From the NCBI GenBank assembly GCA_963693365.1, contig CAVNZM010000015.1:434001-498000 (forward strand): 64,000 nt of DNA. The letters run 5' to 3'. The position numbers and the translations under genes were made by a program. Below, piece after piece: positions 1 to 15,754 of the stretch (position 1 is the stretch's first letter; the number at the start of each line of letters is the position of its first letter). The notes below the pieces were generated by a model that was not told where the DNA came from, did no database searches, and saw only the letters and a program-made list of their open reading frames with translations. Source of the DNA: Amoebidium appalachense (Eukaryota > Protista > Ichthyosporea).

Positions 1-229
1 ACGCGCATACACGTAAAGGAACCCACACACAGCCGGGTGCATGCCAAATACACAACCCTAAAGGACTTATAACACAGTAGATATACTTTACTGTAGTTGA
101 ACCAAACAAAACCAAACCTTCCTCTCACCTGACCAGCACTATTCCCTTCACCGCACAGCCTGAGGCAGCCATTATAACACATTTCCGAGCACGACATGCT
201 AACCCGGTGCAACAAACCACACTACTTAC

Positions 230-401
230 ATTGTAATTGGAGTGTTTTATTCTCAGGTGGTTTCTTAAAGACCCCTCACTGCTGTACGACTTTCCGCACC
301 CGCGCGGACACACAAGGTCGCGCGTTCTCTTCCTTTCCTGTGCCACACCGTGTACTTGCATTTTCACTGAGTGACTGGCCCTCTGAACCCGGTTATTTGT
401 T
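230..401 (-). CDS. Exon encoding a C2H2 zinc finger (rest of gene not resolved)
   Basis: Translation ...DLVCPRGCGKSYSSEGSLRNHLRIKHSNYN fits C-x3-C-x12-H-x4-H. Bounded on the minus strand by a TAG acceptor (402-404) and a GTAAGT donor starting at 229. Confidence 0.7.
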
Positions 402-3400
402 CTAGTTTGTGGCTCTCAAGACTTGTGTTATTTCTGAATTAGAGTGTGGGGTGGGTAAGAGTGTGGGGTGGGTATATGTGCACCAAGTGCATATTCTGTA
501 TGAAAGGCACCTGGCAAAACAAGGGCTGCAGAGAAAAAAGGTCGGAGTCGAGGACATAAAGAACCAAAAAGGCACAAAAGAAGAGGTAGAGAGAGAATCC
601 GTGTGTGGTGAGTGTGTGCGTGCGTGCGTGTGTGTGTGTGTGGTTGTGTGTGCGTGTGTGTGCGTGTGTGTTTGTGTTTGTGAATGTGTTTGTGGGTTGT
701 AAGTTGTATCCGGGGAGCGAGCACTGTTTTGGAACTGAGAAAAAAAAATGAAAGGAACAAGAAAGCGAAACGAAGGGAAATGGGTCTTTCCGAAGTGTGC
801 TACTAAACCTGCCATACGTCGCGGTGTGGCCGCGGCTATTCAATGCGACAAGCACAGAGATGATTTGCAGCCAATCATGTAACTTTCAGAAACATTTTCC
901 ATTTATGGTTCCTGATAAATAATTTTATCAGATGCAAACTCCTATTTGTGGAGACATGTGTACGATAGACCAATTATTTTGTCATGAAATATGATTACTT
1001 ATTAGATATCACTTCTATATATTGATAAAGGTTTTCCCCCTGGCAGCCAAAGAGGCTCGGCTGCAACCGTCCTCGGCAGTGTCGGCATCTTGTGTGGAGA
1101 TTTGGGTGGAAGTTCGGTTTGTTTTGATTGGTAGATTTCAGAATCCCTGCCTTGACAGTCCTTGTGGCCCCAAAAATGCGTAATTTTTAGGCATGATTAT
1201 GCGCCAATGCAAATACCGTCTCGCATTCGTGCTATTTATCATATCAAAATGAACTTTCCAAGGATATAACCGTTGACGGTTCGCCACAATGCCTCACGGG
1301 TGATCATGGTCAACCCTTGATCAGTTACAAGTTTTGTAGAGTCTAGTAATGGTCTAAGTAGATTTTACCATAAGCACATATACACAGTTAGACACATGAT
1401 ATGTTCATTATGAAGATTTAGTCAAAAGTCAGTTAGGCCGTCGTTGAACCAATGAAAAATCGTTCTCAAACCCACGGCACGCAGATCTAGCCGCCATTCA
1501 TGTATTGCTGTTACAAATAACTCTCGCCACAGTAGCAAACTGCAGCTCTGCAAAAACTATCTGCGCTATTTGCTTTGTTATGATAGAAATTTTTACATCA
1601 CTATCTCTAGTATTATACCATGGCAATTCAGCCCCAGCCTGGGCGCCTTGTGGCACAGTATCATTCTGTACCACATAATCTAAATGTGCATACATATCCG
1701 ATTTGTCCCCCGGCGGGGCCCTGAGTCGCGATAGCTTCAGCAGCGTGTTGCCAGAGCTGCATGCGTAGCTTCCCAATAGGAATATTTTTACACAATACGG
1801 CGGGCTCAAGTCTTATATAAATTGTCCTTCCACATATATTTATAGATCTTTTCATTTTTTTTGTACCTTTTTAAACTGTTCTAATAAGCCATTTAATAAT
1901 AAACGGGCCCAACGACGGGCTTTTTATCCGTTTCTCACCCTGGTGACCAGGAGGCGCCGCGGGCAGCAGCTTGCGTTCGGCCTCCCTAAACGCCTAAGCA
2001 TATATAAACCGGCATTGCACGTCAATCTTCTATATTTTAATTAAGGAGATATCATACGATATTTCCCACGTATTTGTAACAAGGTCATAGTACTGTAGGG
2101 ACAGCAGAAATTAAACACAATCCACAGCTCAGCAGGGTAGCAACTTGGCGCCTAACGTGCGGTATTTCGAGCCCTTCGAATTCTCCCGACGCCCACGCGC
2201 AATTCAAGTCAATGATAGGACAAAAATGCGTTCTTTCTTTTTATGGTAATGTACACTTAAGATCCAACACATATATAGAATTTTTTAGCCAGGTAAAGGG
2301 CCTTTGGTACAAGAGGCGTACACTGTATGGAGTTATTAGGACTCGAAAGCGTCTTGGAAGGCATGTTCAAGGAATCGACAGATCTGATGGACACAGATCT
2401 GCGAACTGAAGTTGTTCGAAAACCCTCTGCGATTGGCGGAATACTCCCCCAATCAGACAACGCACGTGCACATTCTCAAAAGGTGTCTCGGGCAGTGGCG
2501 GGCCAAAGTCGCACGCAGTCTGGCAGACGGTAAGTGCACGTGCAGGAGCTGAGTGCAGGGCGTTCTGAGCACGGCCCAGCTCTGAAAGCCGTGGTTCTGA
2601 GCGAGTCGCGGGGAGCAGTCCGAGCTGAGGCGCCTGAGTCACTGCGCGCCGGTGGGTCACCCCGACTCACGGCGATCTTGAACAGCACTACAATAGTAGT
2701 ACACTGTTCAAGATGGCCACTGCTGTTCAAGATGGCCGTGCCCCGACCAAGGCCTCCTACATAGATACAACGGAGGCCTTGGCCCCGACTCACCCGGGGC
2801 CCTGACTCACTCATCTGCAGATCTAGCCTACTCACTCTGGCGATCTCTCTGGCAATGGGCATCGATATCGACTCCTGGCAGCTGGAGAGTGCACGTGCAG
2901 AGGAGAGTGCTGCAGCGCTGCTGGCCACTATGTGTGTGTGCGTGTGCGTGTGTGTGTGTGTGTCACGTGTGTGTGTGTGTGTGTGTGTGTACGTGTGTGT
3001 ACGTGTGTGTGTGTGGTGCGTGCACGTGCGTGTGTACGTGTACACGTGTGTGTGTTTGTGTACGTAGTAATGGCCGGCAGCGGGGAGGGGGGGGGGGGGG
3101 GGGGGTGGAGTTGGGAGGGAGGAGCTCGTGCACGTGGAGGCCAAGAAAGAGGACATCGGTCTACTAGAGAGAGAGAAAGAAAAAGGCCTAGGCCTAAAGA
3201 GGCCTATTAGCACTCCACTAGGAGTGGGGCCCAGGCAGGCCCAGAGGGACCGAGAGACCGGGGGGTCTCAGAGAAAGGGGGGCCGCGGGGGGGCCGGGGG
3301 ACGGGGGGAGAGGGGGGGGGGGGGGGGGGTACTACTACTGGCAGGAAGAGAGATCTAGACCTTGAGGAAGGGATTCATCAGTGACAAAGATCTCTGCGTA

Positions 3401-4982
3401 TGTATGATGCGCATGCAACTCCGAGTCATGTAGGCTAGCTATAGTGTGTGCGCGTCACCTTGCAAGGCCTGGCATGCAGCTGCAAGCTGTCGAACAAATC
3501 ATGACGGGGGGGAAGGGGATGGAGGGAGACCCCGGCTGGTGGGGGAGCCCGTGACTACACGCACATACAGACAAGCAGTAAGAGAGCTCGAGGGGAATCA
3601 TGGAAGGGACACCGACTCGAAAGGCTGTGTATGATATCGATGCGTGCACCTGTGACGATCACTTGCACATGGCAATGGCAAATTATGGCATGTCGCCATC
3701 TATTTAATAAAATTTTCAGGTTATCTGTTCCCCCCCCCCCCCCCCCCCCGGCCCCTCCCCGAGTCCCCTGCGGGCAGGGCCTCGCCTCCCCTTCCCAGGC
3801 CTGGCCACGGCTCGTGAGGCGGCCCCAATTCAAGGCCTCCCGGCTTGTTGTTCAATGAGCTGTTTGGAGCCTGATCTAGCTGCTAGCCTAATCGGTGAGT
3901 TTAAATCAGTTTTAACTATTATTAAAGAGATCTAGAGGCCCACCTGTCCGCTCTGAGACTCATACTATAATATTGTTGTTTCATCATATCAAACACGCAC
4001 ATACACCCATTTACCAACGGTTCAGGCTCTTTTCCTCCGAAGGCAATTGCGCAAATTTTTTTCGCCCGCTCTTTGTTTTTTGATTTGAGGATAATGCAGG
4101 TTAAGTATCACGTTGTGATTTGTTTTTGACCCGGGCCCACTTTATTTGGCCGTCTGGGGAAATACAAGCAAGTAAGTGATACACTATCCCCCGGGCAGCA
4201 TTCTATTGTCGTATTTTTGGCACTGAGCTCTCAGCACTAAATGGCTCATTTTGGCTGCTAGCGAGTAGCATGCCTTTCCATATTAGGAAACCGACGCGAC
4301 GCCTCTGCAGAACCATCATTTTTAATCTCCTATTTTATGCGTGATATTGCTTGGGCGACCTTTTAATACTACACTGGCTACGTATTATACTGTAGCTATA
4401 ACTTCTGTGATACTAATATTAGCCAGGTTCAACAGAAACTTTCCTAATTATAGATCAATGTATGAGAGATTGCTCCGGTTTTTGTTCGGATGCAGGCATT
4501 TACCCGCTATCCCAGTTCCACTACTTTAGAGCATTTGCTGAATATAAAGGTACTACAATTGCTATGGACTTAAATATTACTAAGTTTAGCCTAACATTTT
4601 TACTGTAGTGATTGTTGGGCCCCCGGTAGCTGAGTTTGGCAAGAAGATTCGGAAATCCTACGGTTGAATTCAAGCGGTACTTGGTATATCTAGTTGGATA
4701 TCCAGTGATGCCATATATGTGACTATCTCGGTGTGTTTAAGGCGATTCCACCTGGTCATTATTAGCCCTGTCTGATGCCCCAACTTTATATTGTTAAAAA
4801 ACTCTTATAATAAAAAAAAGATTGGCTCCGAGGCTCAACCCACCATGGTGTGAGCTCCATTCTCAGAGTAGTGCAATATAATAAAACCAGATATGATATG
4901 TATTATCCGAAGTTGTTGCCGTGTAAAAAACAAAAGTCACTTTTTAGTATGCAATAAACGAATGTCATGTTGTTGTGCAATA

Positions 4983-5197
4983 CAGGGGTAGGCCGACTAT
5001 AAGATTACGTGAATTTCGGCTCTAGCCCGCTAGAATCTTAGTTCCAGATCCCCCTAGCACACAAGGACACATGTACAGGGAAACAATCTTAATTTTCATA
5101 TATGCCGTGGGGGCTAGCCAGCTAGAATCCTAATTTCTCTAAAAATCCTAGTCCTAGAATCTTATATTCGGAAAATCTTATATTTAGACTACCCCTG
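4983..5197. mobile_element. Non-autonomous TIR element (MITE) with TA flanks, Tc1/mariner-like
   Basis: Left end CAGGGGTAGGCCGACTATAAGATT versus right-end reverse complement CAGGGGTAGTCTAAATATAAGATT; TA on both sides; internal CTAG/AATCTTA repeats. A similar solo right end lies at ~19175-19199. Confidence 0.7.
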
Positions 5198-6342
5198 TAG
5201 ACGAATGTATATTCAATGGTTGTTATCATAACCAATCGATCATTTCCTCATGCGTAAAGAAGTTGTGTCATCACTGGCACATAAAGACCATTGCCAACTT
5301 GTCTTGCGGTTGAAACGGATTAAATGCGCAAGGTGCCGTACGATAATCATTGATTGCTTTGTGCAATACTATCGATGAAATATTTCAATTGGTTCACGGT
5401 GCAACGAATCATGAGATGTCCCGACAGCGATAGTATGTATCATCAAGTTGTTGTGCGGCGATGAAAGAATGTATATAATGTGCAGTGAATGAACGAATTT
5501 GTAGTGCAACTTGGAAAGGAAGAATTTGCTGACCCGTACATGATCCCCCCCCACCCCCTCCCCCACCCCCACTCCCTTCCCATTCTGCTTTTAATAACTT
5601 TTCGAAAACCACGTTGCCAATGACCTCCCCCCCCCCCCCCCCCCCCCCCAACCACCCTCTTCCCCCCCCACCCCCCACCCCCCGAGGCCTCCCCCTTCGA
5701 GGGATCCTCTTAAATCGGATAGCACAATAACAGCCCTTCTACTTCTATAACTAAAAATGTCTATTGCCTGTCGACGTTCAGTGAACGGAGGGCCAAACAT
5801 ACACGTCCTCATCACAAATCATCACCCATACGACTTGACAACGTAAAAACTAGTAAACATTAGCTATACCTTACAGCGGTTCACAACTTTCTTGGAAACC
5901 AATGGGGGCTACTCATATTATTTTGCTGATGTCGTGTGAGCGTCATGAGGTGTGCCACGCCGTGAGTTAAACTCAGTAAGCACGTTCATGAGAGTCTGCG
6001 TGCATGTGTGCGTGCGTTCGTGTGTGCGTGTGTGTGTGTGCTCGTGCATGCATGTGTTCGTGTGTGCGTATGTGCGAGCGGGTATACACGTGTTTTTCTG
6101 GACCCCGGTCATGCGGGAAATATCTGGCATGTCAAAATGTCTCCCCGGGGGGGGGGGGGGGGGGAAGGGTGGAAGCGGGAAGGGGGGGGGGGGGGGGGAG
6201 GGAGGGAGGGGGAGAGGGGGAGGGGCTGCTTCTGTAGAACGAGTGAGCCATAAGCCATGCCTCTCTTTTAAGATGGCACTTGTGGTGCAGAAATCTAGAC
6301 ACGGGACACCCCGGGGGAAATCGAAGGCAGGGGTGTGTGTGT

Positions 6343-6377
<35 letters not shown>

Positions 6378-6538
6378 AGGGGGGAGGGGGGGGGGGGGGG
6401 GAGGCGGAGGAAGGCCACCTTTTTTTTTTTTTTTTTTTTTTGGTGGGTGGGGGGAGGGGGGGAGGGGGGGGGGGAGGGGGGGGGGGGGGGGGGGGGGAAC
6501 CCAAAACACAGCCAAACCCACCTTCCCCGCTCCCCCAG

Positions 6539-6569
<31 letters not shown>

Positions 6570-7108
6570 ACCCCCACCCCACCCTTCCCCTCCCTCCCCC
6601 CACCCACCCGTTTTTTCGAGGTGAAGCTCAAAAGAGTCTTTTAGGGAGGGGCCAGAAATGCAAAATCGAAGGCAACCAATATTTGGTTTGCAATGATTTG
6701 ATGATTATGTGTATCATTAGTATAGAAATAACGGCTAATATCAGAGTTGTTCAATATCATTGGGATATCATTTACTCGGGATCATTGAATAACAAATAAT
6801 TTATAACTACGGTACTGAGTGTAATGTGTATTATGGTACTACTATGTATATAGTATTTCCTCAAACGATACGGTATTGTGATCATAGAATATGGAATAAT
6901 AACCAGCCTATTTTCTTATTAATTCAGGCTCAAAAATGCCGCGTATAATATTGTGTCCGTCACCAGTCAACACTCACTGCAACAACACGGGACTACGGGC
7001 ATGCTTCAAGCTCTACTTGAGTCTCTCTCAACTTATCACGGTATATTACTAAGTTATATGGTGGTGCCCCGGTGATTCTTTCTTTTTTTTTTCCTCTTTT
7101 TTTTTTTT

Positions 7109-7139
<31 letters not shown>

Positions 7140-7353
7140 GGGGGGGAGAAGAGGTGGGGAGGAGGGCGGAGGGTGGGGGAGCAGCAGGGGGGATTGTGAT
7201 ATGTCTTACTGCCCCCCTCCCCCTCCCCCCCCCTCTCCCCCCCCAGCCCCCCCCCCGCCCCCTCCCCCCACCCCCCACCAGGCCCACCCAGCTGTCCTCG
7301 GTTGGGTGCTTGCCGCCGCCACCCTCCCCTTCCCCTAACTCCAAAAAAAGAAA

Positions 7354-7404
<51 letters not shown>

Positions 7405-7545
7405 ATTACGTGTGGATAATCAGTGTCAGGGTTTTTCGGTGTCTGCCTGGGCACACGTATATCTATATGTGTGTGTGTGTGTGCAATTTCTGCAACGTGG
7501 GTATGCCTCTTGACAGGCCAGATGCCAGAAATAGAGAGGAATATG

Positions 7546-7586
<41 letters not shown>

Positions 7587-7717
7587 GGAAGAGGGAAGCA
7601 GGAGAGAAAAATCCTTGAGAGAAAGGTGTTTGTGCATGGTATGGGTGAAGCAGTTCGTGTGTATCTGCAGGCGTGCGTGCCTAGCAAGTGCACATGTTAG
7701 TGAGTTTGTAGGGGTGC

Positions 7718-8158
<441 letters not shown>

Positions 8159-8395
8159 GGGGATGGGTGTGTGTGCATTTAGTCGTGCCTGTCCTTTCAA
8201 TATGAGAGGGAGTCTCTCTCCCCCCCCCCCCCCCCCCCCAAACCCACACACACGCACACACAAAAAAAAAAAAAAAGAAACTGTTTTAAAAAGGAACAAA
8301 GATAGCCTCGGAGAGTCTGATAGGACTACAGAGACTAGGGGCCTGAGATCTTCGAGTCTCTCCTCTACTCTTATTCGATAGGGGAATGGGGTGGG

Positions 8396-8428
<33 letters not shown>

Positions 8429-9527
8429 GGGGGGGGGGCGGGGGGAGGGGGGGGGGGGGGGAATTCTGTGGGGCCCGATGAGAGAAGGGGGAGGGGGGGG
8501 GGGGGGGGGGGGGGAAGAGAGGGGGAGGGAGAGAGAGAGAGAGAGAAAGCCGGAGAGACGGGTAGGGAGGAAAGAGAGAAGGAGAACCATCCACTCAAAC
8601 CTTTCTCTCCCCAACTTTTCGCTCGCTTGCCTCCTCCCCCCCTCCCCTCCTCCTTTCTCCCGCCAATGGTCCTCTCTCTTTCTAGTATGTGGGACGTAAA
8701 GTGACTCTGATGCCACCTCCCTACACACACACCCTTCTAATACCCCTCCCCATCATCATCTCCCATCCGCACATCACTAATCCCCCCCTCCCCCCCTCTC
8801 TCTTCCCCTCCCCCTCTTCCCCCTCCCTCCCCAACCCCCCCCCCCCCCCCCAGCCCATGGTCATGTGGGAAGTTCCACTCATTATTTTGCCGCTTCTTAA
8901 GCACGTGGCTAAGTTTCGGTTTGCAGGTAATCGAATGTTGTTGGTGGTTGTTGTGTGGATATGTGGAAGGTGCGACCGTCTATGTGAAATGCTGGCAGGA
9001 AAACCTCAAAACATCAATATTGGCTGTGTAATTTCATCTTTTCAATTCATCAGACCACCATGATGCGGTAACCAGACCTGCAGGACCAAAATAGACCATT
9101 AAAACTAACGATTAGACCCTATTGGTTGGAATTACATTTAACTCTAATTCACGAGCCTCTCTTTCTGCATGTTCAAGGTTGTTACACCTGATTGTACATC
9201 TAAACTCCAAAAATTCCACGTCAAACTTCAGTAACAAATCATCAAAACATTCAATCATATATATCATGCTTTCACTGAACTAGTTTAAATTTTTAGTGGA
9301 CAAGGAACAAAATTATAAACCATCTCTCCTCAATAGCTGCATTCCTTATTGTGTCGTGTACAACACACTTGCAAAAAAAAAATTTTTTTAAGCAACGATT
9401 ATCGGTGGGGCATTTTACTAATTACCTACAAAACCACTAGAAAACCAAAGCTTAGCTATGCAAAGACCGGAAAAGACAAAACCCTCTAGTGGAACAAATG
9501 GGGCCTTATTATTCAAACCCCGTTTCT

Positions 9528-10438
9528 TTATCGCCGGAACGATGCCTCCCCCTTTTCGGCACTAGAACCTGCTTCCCCCGGGTCAATATTTTCACGAAGT
9601 CGAGATTCATCCATTTTCGCAACAGAACCCCCTACCGGCAGTGTCTCCCCAACCTGTATATGATCTCTGCTTCCAATTTTCAACAATTTTCTTATAGACA
9701 CCTTCTTGGTTCCCCCTGCACCCGGATCCGCTTCCGAAATTGATTCCGCCCCTGGATTATCCGCTGATATTGGGTCCGAAATTGTCTCTCTGGCGGGTAA
9801 CTGAAAATTTCTGCCCAAAATTCGTGCCAGTAATATATCACCTGGGGTCGAGTCGAAGGAGTAAATCGTGGAGGGGTATTGTTTTTCTTGCATAGCGGCA
9901 AATGTGAACCACCAGCAGGCAAAATACAAAACCGCCTGTAAATCGTAATTTGCGACGACTAGAGCCCCCCCAAGCATGTCTTTGTAGCCTAATAGAACCC
10001 ACCCAATGTTATCGAACATTAAACCAAACCCCAACGTCATGGCGATTCCAAACATTGACTGGAGCATTGTTGCCGTGACATTATAACGATAAAAACTGGG
10101 TTGCTGCAGTTTTAAAAGGATAAGGGCCACAAATATCAAAAATATGAAAAATGATTGTAGGCCAACATGAATAAAATCCATTAATTTCAGCAGATCTTTT
10201 CCGCCCAGCACACACCACGGTGTAAATATAACCAGAAAAGGAATCATCAATATCAACATGACGCAAATCATCCACATGGGGCCGTAGTGGCTCTGCCTCA
10301 GTAGGAGGGGGGGTCTGTATGAACATGTGCGAAAATCTACCGTGCCGTAGTACAAAATGCACAGGCGCATCGCAAAAGCCCCCACGGGAAGGATGGTCAT
10401 TGGGCGGCCAAACCAGTAGAGGCTCTCGAGAAAGTATG

Positions 10439-10478
<40 letters not shown>

Positions 10479-10624
10479 TTTTTTTTGAGGGGGGGGGGGG
10501 GGGAGGAGGAGGAGGGTTGGAGAGAAGGGGGAGGGTCAAGTGGCAGGGGGGAGGGGGGAGGGATAGGAGGTGTGGGTGAGTGAGCGAGTGGGTGAGTGTG
10601 TGTTTGTGTGTGTGTGTGTGTGAC

Positions 10625-10677
<53 letters not shown>

Positions 10678-10872
10678 CGTCTGTGTGTGATTGGGAGGCT
10701 GGCTGAAGCGGGGCGTGGGGGGTGGGGGTGGGGGGGAGATAAGGGGAGGAGAAGGCGAGGAGGGGGGGAGCGGGGTGGGTGGGGGGGGGGGGGGAGGGGA
10801 GGGGGGGTCGACGTAAACGGGATGAACGAAGAAAAGATGTGTGAGTGAGTGTGTGTGTGTGTGTGTTTGACG

Positions 10873-10962
<90 letters not shown>

Positions 10963-11064
10963 GTCTGTGTGTGTGGTTCGGAGGTTCACTGGAAGGCGCG
11001 GGGGAGGGGGGGTGGGGAGGGAGAGGGGGGAGGGGAGGGACGAAGGGAAGGTGTGTGTGTGTGG

Positions 11065-11122
<58 letters not shown>

Positions 11123-11427
11123 GCTCGCACGCACGAACTACGTAAGCGTACAAAATATGGCTTACTTATTTTTTGTGTATTCTTACATATGTGTGATTAA
11201 TAACCCAGAAACCGAAGGGGGGGGGGGGGGGGGGGAAGGGGGGGGGAGGGAAGGGGGGGGGAGGGGGGGAGAGGGGGCGATGAGAGTGCTTGTGGGGAGC
11301 GATCCATCAGAAGGTAGAAACGGAGGACTCACCGATACACAAGACTAACCCAAATACACAACAAATGAGTGGGCAAGACACACGAACAGACTGGACCATC
11401 ATCAGCCTTTGAGGGGTTCTCACAGCC

Positions 11428-11466
<39 letters not shown>

Positions 11467-11676
11467 GGGGGGGGGGGGGGGGGGGAAGACCAGCTAGCCC
11501 GCCGGGGGAATGGGGGGGGGGGGGGGGGGGAGGGGGGCGACCACTTAGCCGTCCGAGGGGGGGGGAGGGGGGTTTGAATGCGTCATAAAGTACCACATAC
11601 ACATAAAAAACAAACAACACGATGCAGAGTGCAAACCACACATAAAGAGTATCAACAATAAGCAGAGCCCATCCTC

Positions 11677-11721
<45 letters not shown>

Positions 11722-11815
11722 GTCATCCAGTACCCGAGTTTCGACCCATTTTGCTCGTCAAGGAAACCAAACTCAGATACTGTTTCACTTGAACATGGGT
11801 GGGTCACCCGTCTTG

Positions 11816-11852
<37 letters not shown>

Positions 11853-12192
11853 CAATGGGATACAGAGCACAAAGCATACATTCACAAGCGACCACAAGGA
11901 AAAGCTGGTCAGCAAACACAAAGAGAGAGAGAGAGGGGGGGAGGTTGGGGGGGGGGGGAGGGGGGAGGGGGGGAGGGGGGGGAGGGGGGGGGGGAGTTGA
12001 GGCTTGGGATCGAGGACAAACAAAAAAAAAAAAAAAAAGAGGAGAGAGTAAAATAGGGATGGTTTAGACTGAAGGGGGGTTAAGTGGGGGAATGGTTGTA
12101 GAGGATTAAAGGAGGCAGGATAGGGTGGCATGTACTTCTGGAGTTGGGTAGGGAGAAAGGCCTTGGCCTGTGGGTGTGTGTGTGTGTGTGTG

Positions 12193-12226
<34 letters not shown>

Positions 12227-12513
12227 CCCAGGCGGAGAAGAGTACAGAACATTATAAAATAAAATAATAAAAAATAAAAATATGTATAATCACGCACCAT
12301 TTCTGGATGGTATTCCGGCACCCTCCAGACGTTTGCAGCCCACTGGCTCATCTGAAGTATCAGGCCAATATAAGGCACCCCCAGCAGAAAGTATAAGTTA
12401 CACCTCTTGGATCGGGACAGGGGGGACGCACATATCGCAAACATGCTGAGTGCCGCTGTAATGGCTAGGACAGCAAGATTGACTGGGATCCATATTTGGA
12501 GTGTGCGCATAAA
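9528..12513 (-). CDS. Multi-exon multi-pass membrane protein of unknown family (about 10 hydrophobic segments)
   Basis: Terminal exon ~10440-9528 follows a (CA)nCAG acceptor and reads [22 protein letters not shown]... with several hydrophobic helices and a polar tail. Upstream exon 12513-12298 reads [25 protein letters not shown]...EM|GTGCGT. Small hydrophobic exons lie near 11910-11850, 11670-11595 and 11430-11333. Some internal junctions are unresolved because of homopolymer tracts. Confidence 0.6.
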
Positions 12514-13823
12514 CTGTTTGTGATGATTGGTTAGTGAGAATTAAAACTAAATGGGCCTGATGATTGGTTGGTTAGTGATGACTAGAGCTTAAGTTCATGC
12601 GATATGGTTAGCGATGGCCTTAAATGTGCATGATTATTGGCTAATGATGACCAAAAACTCACATGTACGTGATGGTCGGTTAGTGATGATTAAAGCCTTC
12701 AATGTGACTGATGATTCATGATCGTGTATTAGGTGTTAAATCAACAGACAAGCAATCGATAAGCCGGCACGTATTTTTGTTTTAAGTTAAAACTGTTTTG
12801 TGGTTGGGTATTACAGTTTAATGAAAGCAGGTTGTGTGTTTTGAGCTGCTGAGCCGAAACTACGAGTGGTGATTGGAGCGATGTATAAATAGAATTTGTT
12901 TGTTGTTCGCTGACAGAGCGAATAAACTACAGAAACCGTTTCTGAATACACTTATTAAGGTTACGGAAAACATATGTGTGGTCGTGCCTAAGGGCTTCAG
13001 GACCTACATTAGCACATGTTGCAGCATAAGAAATCGAGTGCATCAAAACAGATAACTTTTAGAATCATATGATCCTAAACTCTGCACAGTGGTTGGCTAC
13101 CAGTCACTAACAACCCGTTTTGGTTGGTTGGTCAGTGCTGGTAATATGGGCATTTATTCGTCAGGCTATTGTGCAACCACGGCTAAGTAAGGAACTCTCA
13201 GCCTAGCAATTTAAATCGGATACCTCCCCCCCCCCCCCCCCCCCCAAAAAAAAAAAAAAAAAATCCCTCTAACCCATCCCCCCTCCTCCTCTCCCCTCCC
13301 ACCCCACCACCCCCCCCCCCCCTCCCTCCCCACCCTCTCAAACACACACACACACACAAAAGGAAAAAACCAAAAAGGTGGCCAAAAGACAAATAGCGAA
13401 AAAATAAAAAAAGAAAATAACTGATTCTCAATTGAACATGCACCTTGAGAGGTGTGTGTGAGTGCACAGGTGTCTGTGTGCATGTGACGGTACACTACGG
13501 TATGCGCTTGTGTGCGTGTCCATATGGTTCCTTTTTTTTTGTGTGTGTGTGTACATGTGTATTACCCATCGGCGAGGCTGGGGTGATCAAGCCCTGGGCA
13601 AAGTGCGCACGAATAGTTAGGAATGGTAATGGTGTGTACATGTTGTTAGCTTAGCTGATGGTACCATAGCACCCTAGTTAGAGTATAGCCGCTCAGGGTG
13701 GAGGATGGTAGTTCCTCTGAGAGCCCCTGGGGGTCCCTCAGGGAACAAAATGGGATAAAATAGAAAACGTACATGTGTATTGTGTGTGCTGCGCACACCA
13801 CTGTGTACGTTATGTCTTTGTGT

Positions 13824-13855
<32 letters not shown>

Positions 13856-14290
13856 GCACGCATGTGAATGTGTGCGCGCGCAGGCGCAGTGTCTGTGTGG
13901 GCCAGGGTGTGTCAGTAAGATTTGCCGTGCTTCTGTGTGTGCGTGCACATGTATGTGTGCGTGTGTGCGTGTGTGCGTGTGTGTGTGTGTGTGCGTGTGT
14001 TTGTGCGTCTGTGTGTGTGTGTGTGTGTGTGTGTTTGCGTATGTGTGTGTGATTATTTGTGCGTATCTGTGTTCAGTGGTGTGCGTGCGTGTGTGTACGT
14101 GTGTGTGTATGTGTATGTGTGTGTGCGTGTGCGTGCGTGCGTGCGTGCGCGTGTGTGTCAGTGTGTGTGTGTGCGTGTTTGGGCGTGTGTGTGTGTGTGT
14201 GTACATGGTGTGTGTGTGCGCGCCTGTGTGTATGGCTGTGTGCGTGCACGATTGCGTGCATCTGTGTGTGCGTGCGGCGCGGGTATGTGT

Positions 14291-14404
<114 letters not shown>

Positions 14405-15706
14405 TGTGTGTGCGTGTGCGTGTGTGTGTGTGTGTGTGATGGTGCGTGCGTATGTTTGTACGTTTCTGTGTGGTTGCGTGTGTTACGGTACATGTGTGTT
14501 TAAGCGTGCGTGTGCGTGCACATGTGCCTGTGGTTGATGGTGGACCAGGTGCATTCGCACGTGGTGGTGGTGAGACAGGGTGGAACGGGGGACGGGGGGG
14601 GGGGGGGGGGGGGAGGGGGATCCGGAGGGTAGTTAGCTTATATAGGCATTGTAACATACCCTTAGCTGCACCTCGTCGTAAACGACCATTGTTGTACTCT
14701 GATTCATCTCAAAGGCAACTCCGGATGCGGTGATGACTTATAGTTATAATGCAATTACATCGGTTTCCAAACCTTATTCAAGGAGAACAACGTTAAATAA
14801 CTCACTGAAAACGACTCAAGTCCGGATCCATTGCATACATACTATTAATTAAGCCTAGGTACGAGACGAGACTCTTTTGAAAAGGGTAATTTAATATTAT
14901 TCACAAAAAACAACACGCTGATGGTTTTTCATATAATGTCGAGCTATTTTCTGCGCACATGCATCGCCTACAGAGAATATTCAAGTGACACGCCCGAATC
15001 CCACACACATGCATGCAGCAAGTTTATCTATCCGTGCCGTGACGTTTCTTATGGCACATCAGCGTGCAGTGTATATTCGGAAAATACATGTGCGTTAACA
15101 ATGTGCGCCTTCTATACATACCCAGATGTGGGGGCTTTGTGAGCGATTCTTTGTGAGCGATTTTGCACACGAACTTTTGCGGCGGAGAAGCCCGGTCGGT
15201 GCACCAGCAATAGATCCGTTTCGTGCAGCGGTAATAGCGAACTTTCGTGGAACGTTTTCATTTGTGGACGGAATCAATAATTCACTGATTTGATCTTATA
15301 ATTCGACATGACAATACATTTTATGAATTATATCACGCGCTTTTAAATCCGAACATCTAATTAGATCGGGGTAATGGAATGATGCGTTCCAAGTGGTGCT
15401 CCAAGAAACATCTTTGAGGGGTGGCAAAAGATCTTGAAGACTATGCATGACTCATGAAGCTTCATGTTCCTTTTCAGCTACTGTACACTCTATCTATTTA
15501 TAAGATATGCCCAAGAATCCAGCTAAAATCCACGATTTTGTTAATCTCTCCTAATACGAAACTATGTCCCATGCATTTTGCCGCAGAACTTCTGAGACAA
15601 CATGACCGCTAAGTTATGGCCGGACAAGCTCCGACTGCACGTCCCTGCCGTACCGGGCCCCCTGGCCTGGGCGGATCCGGAGGCGGCGGCAGCAGCGGCG
15701 GCGCCG

Positions 15707-15754
<48 letters not shown>

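Noticed and set aside
1498-1809. 103-aa ORF as a gene
   Set aside because: Non-ATG start and no recognisable motif or clear exon structure.
11420-11720. Non-canonical splice sites, or a 40-nt poly-C insertion within the membrane-protein gene
   Set aside because: Coding sequence abuts pure A or C runs where (CA)nCAG or mixed C-rich sequence is expected. This is most likely homopolymer smoothing in the consensus, so run lengths and purity should not be trusted.
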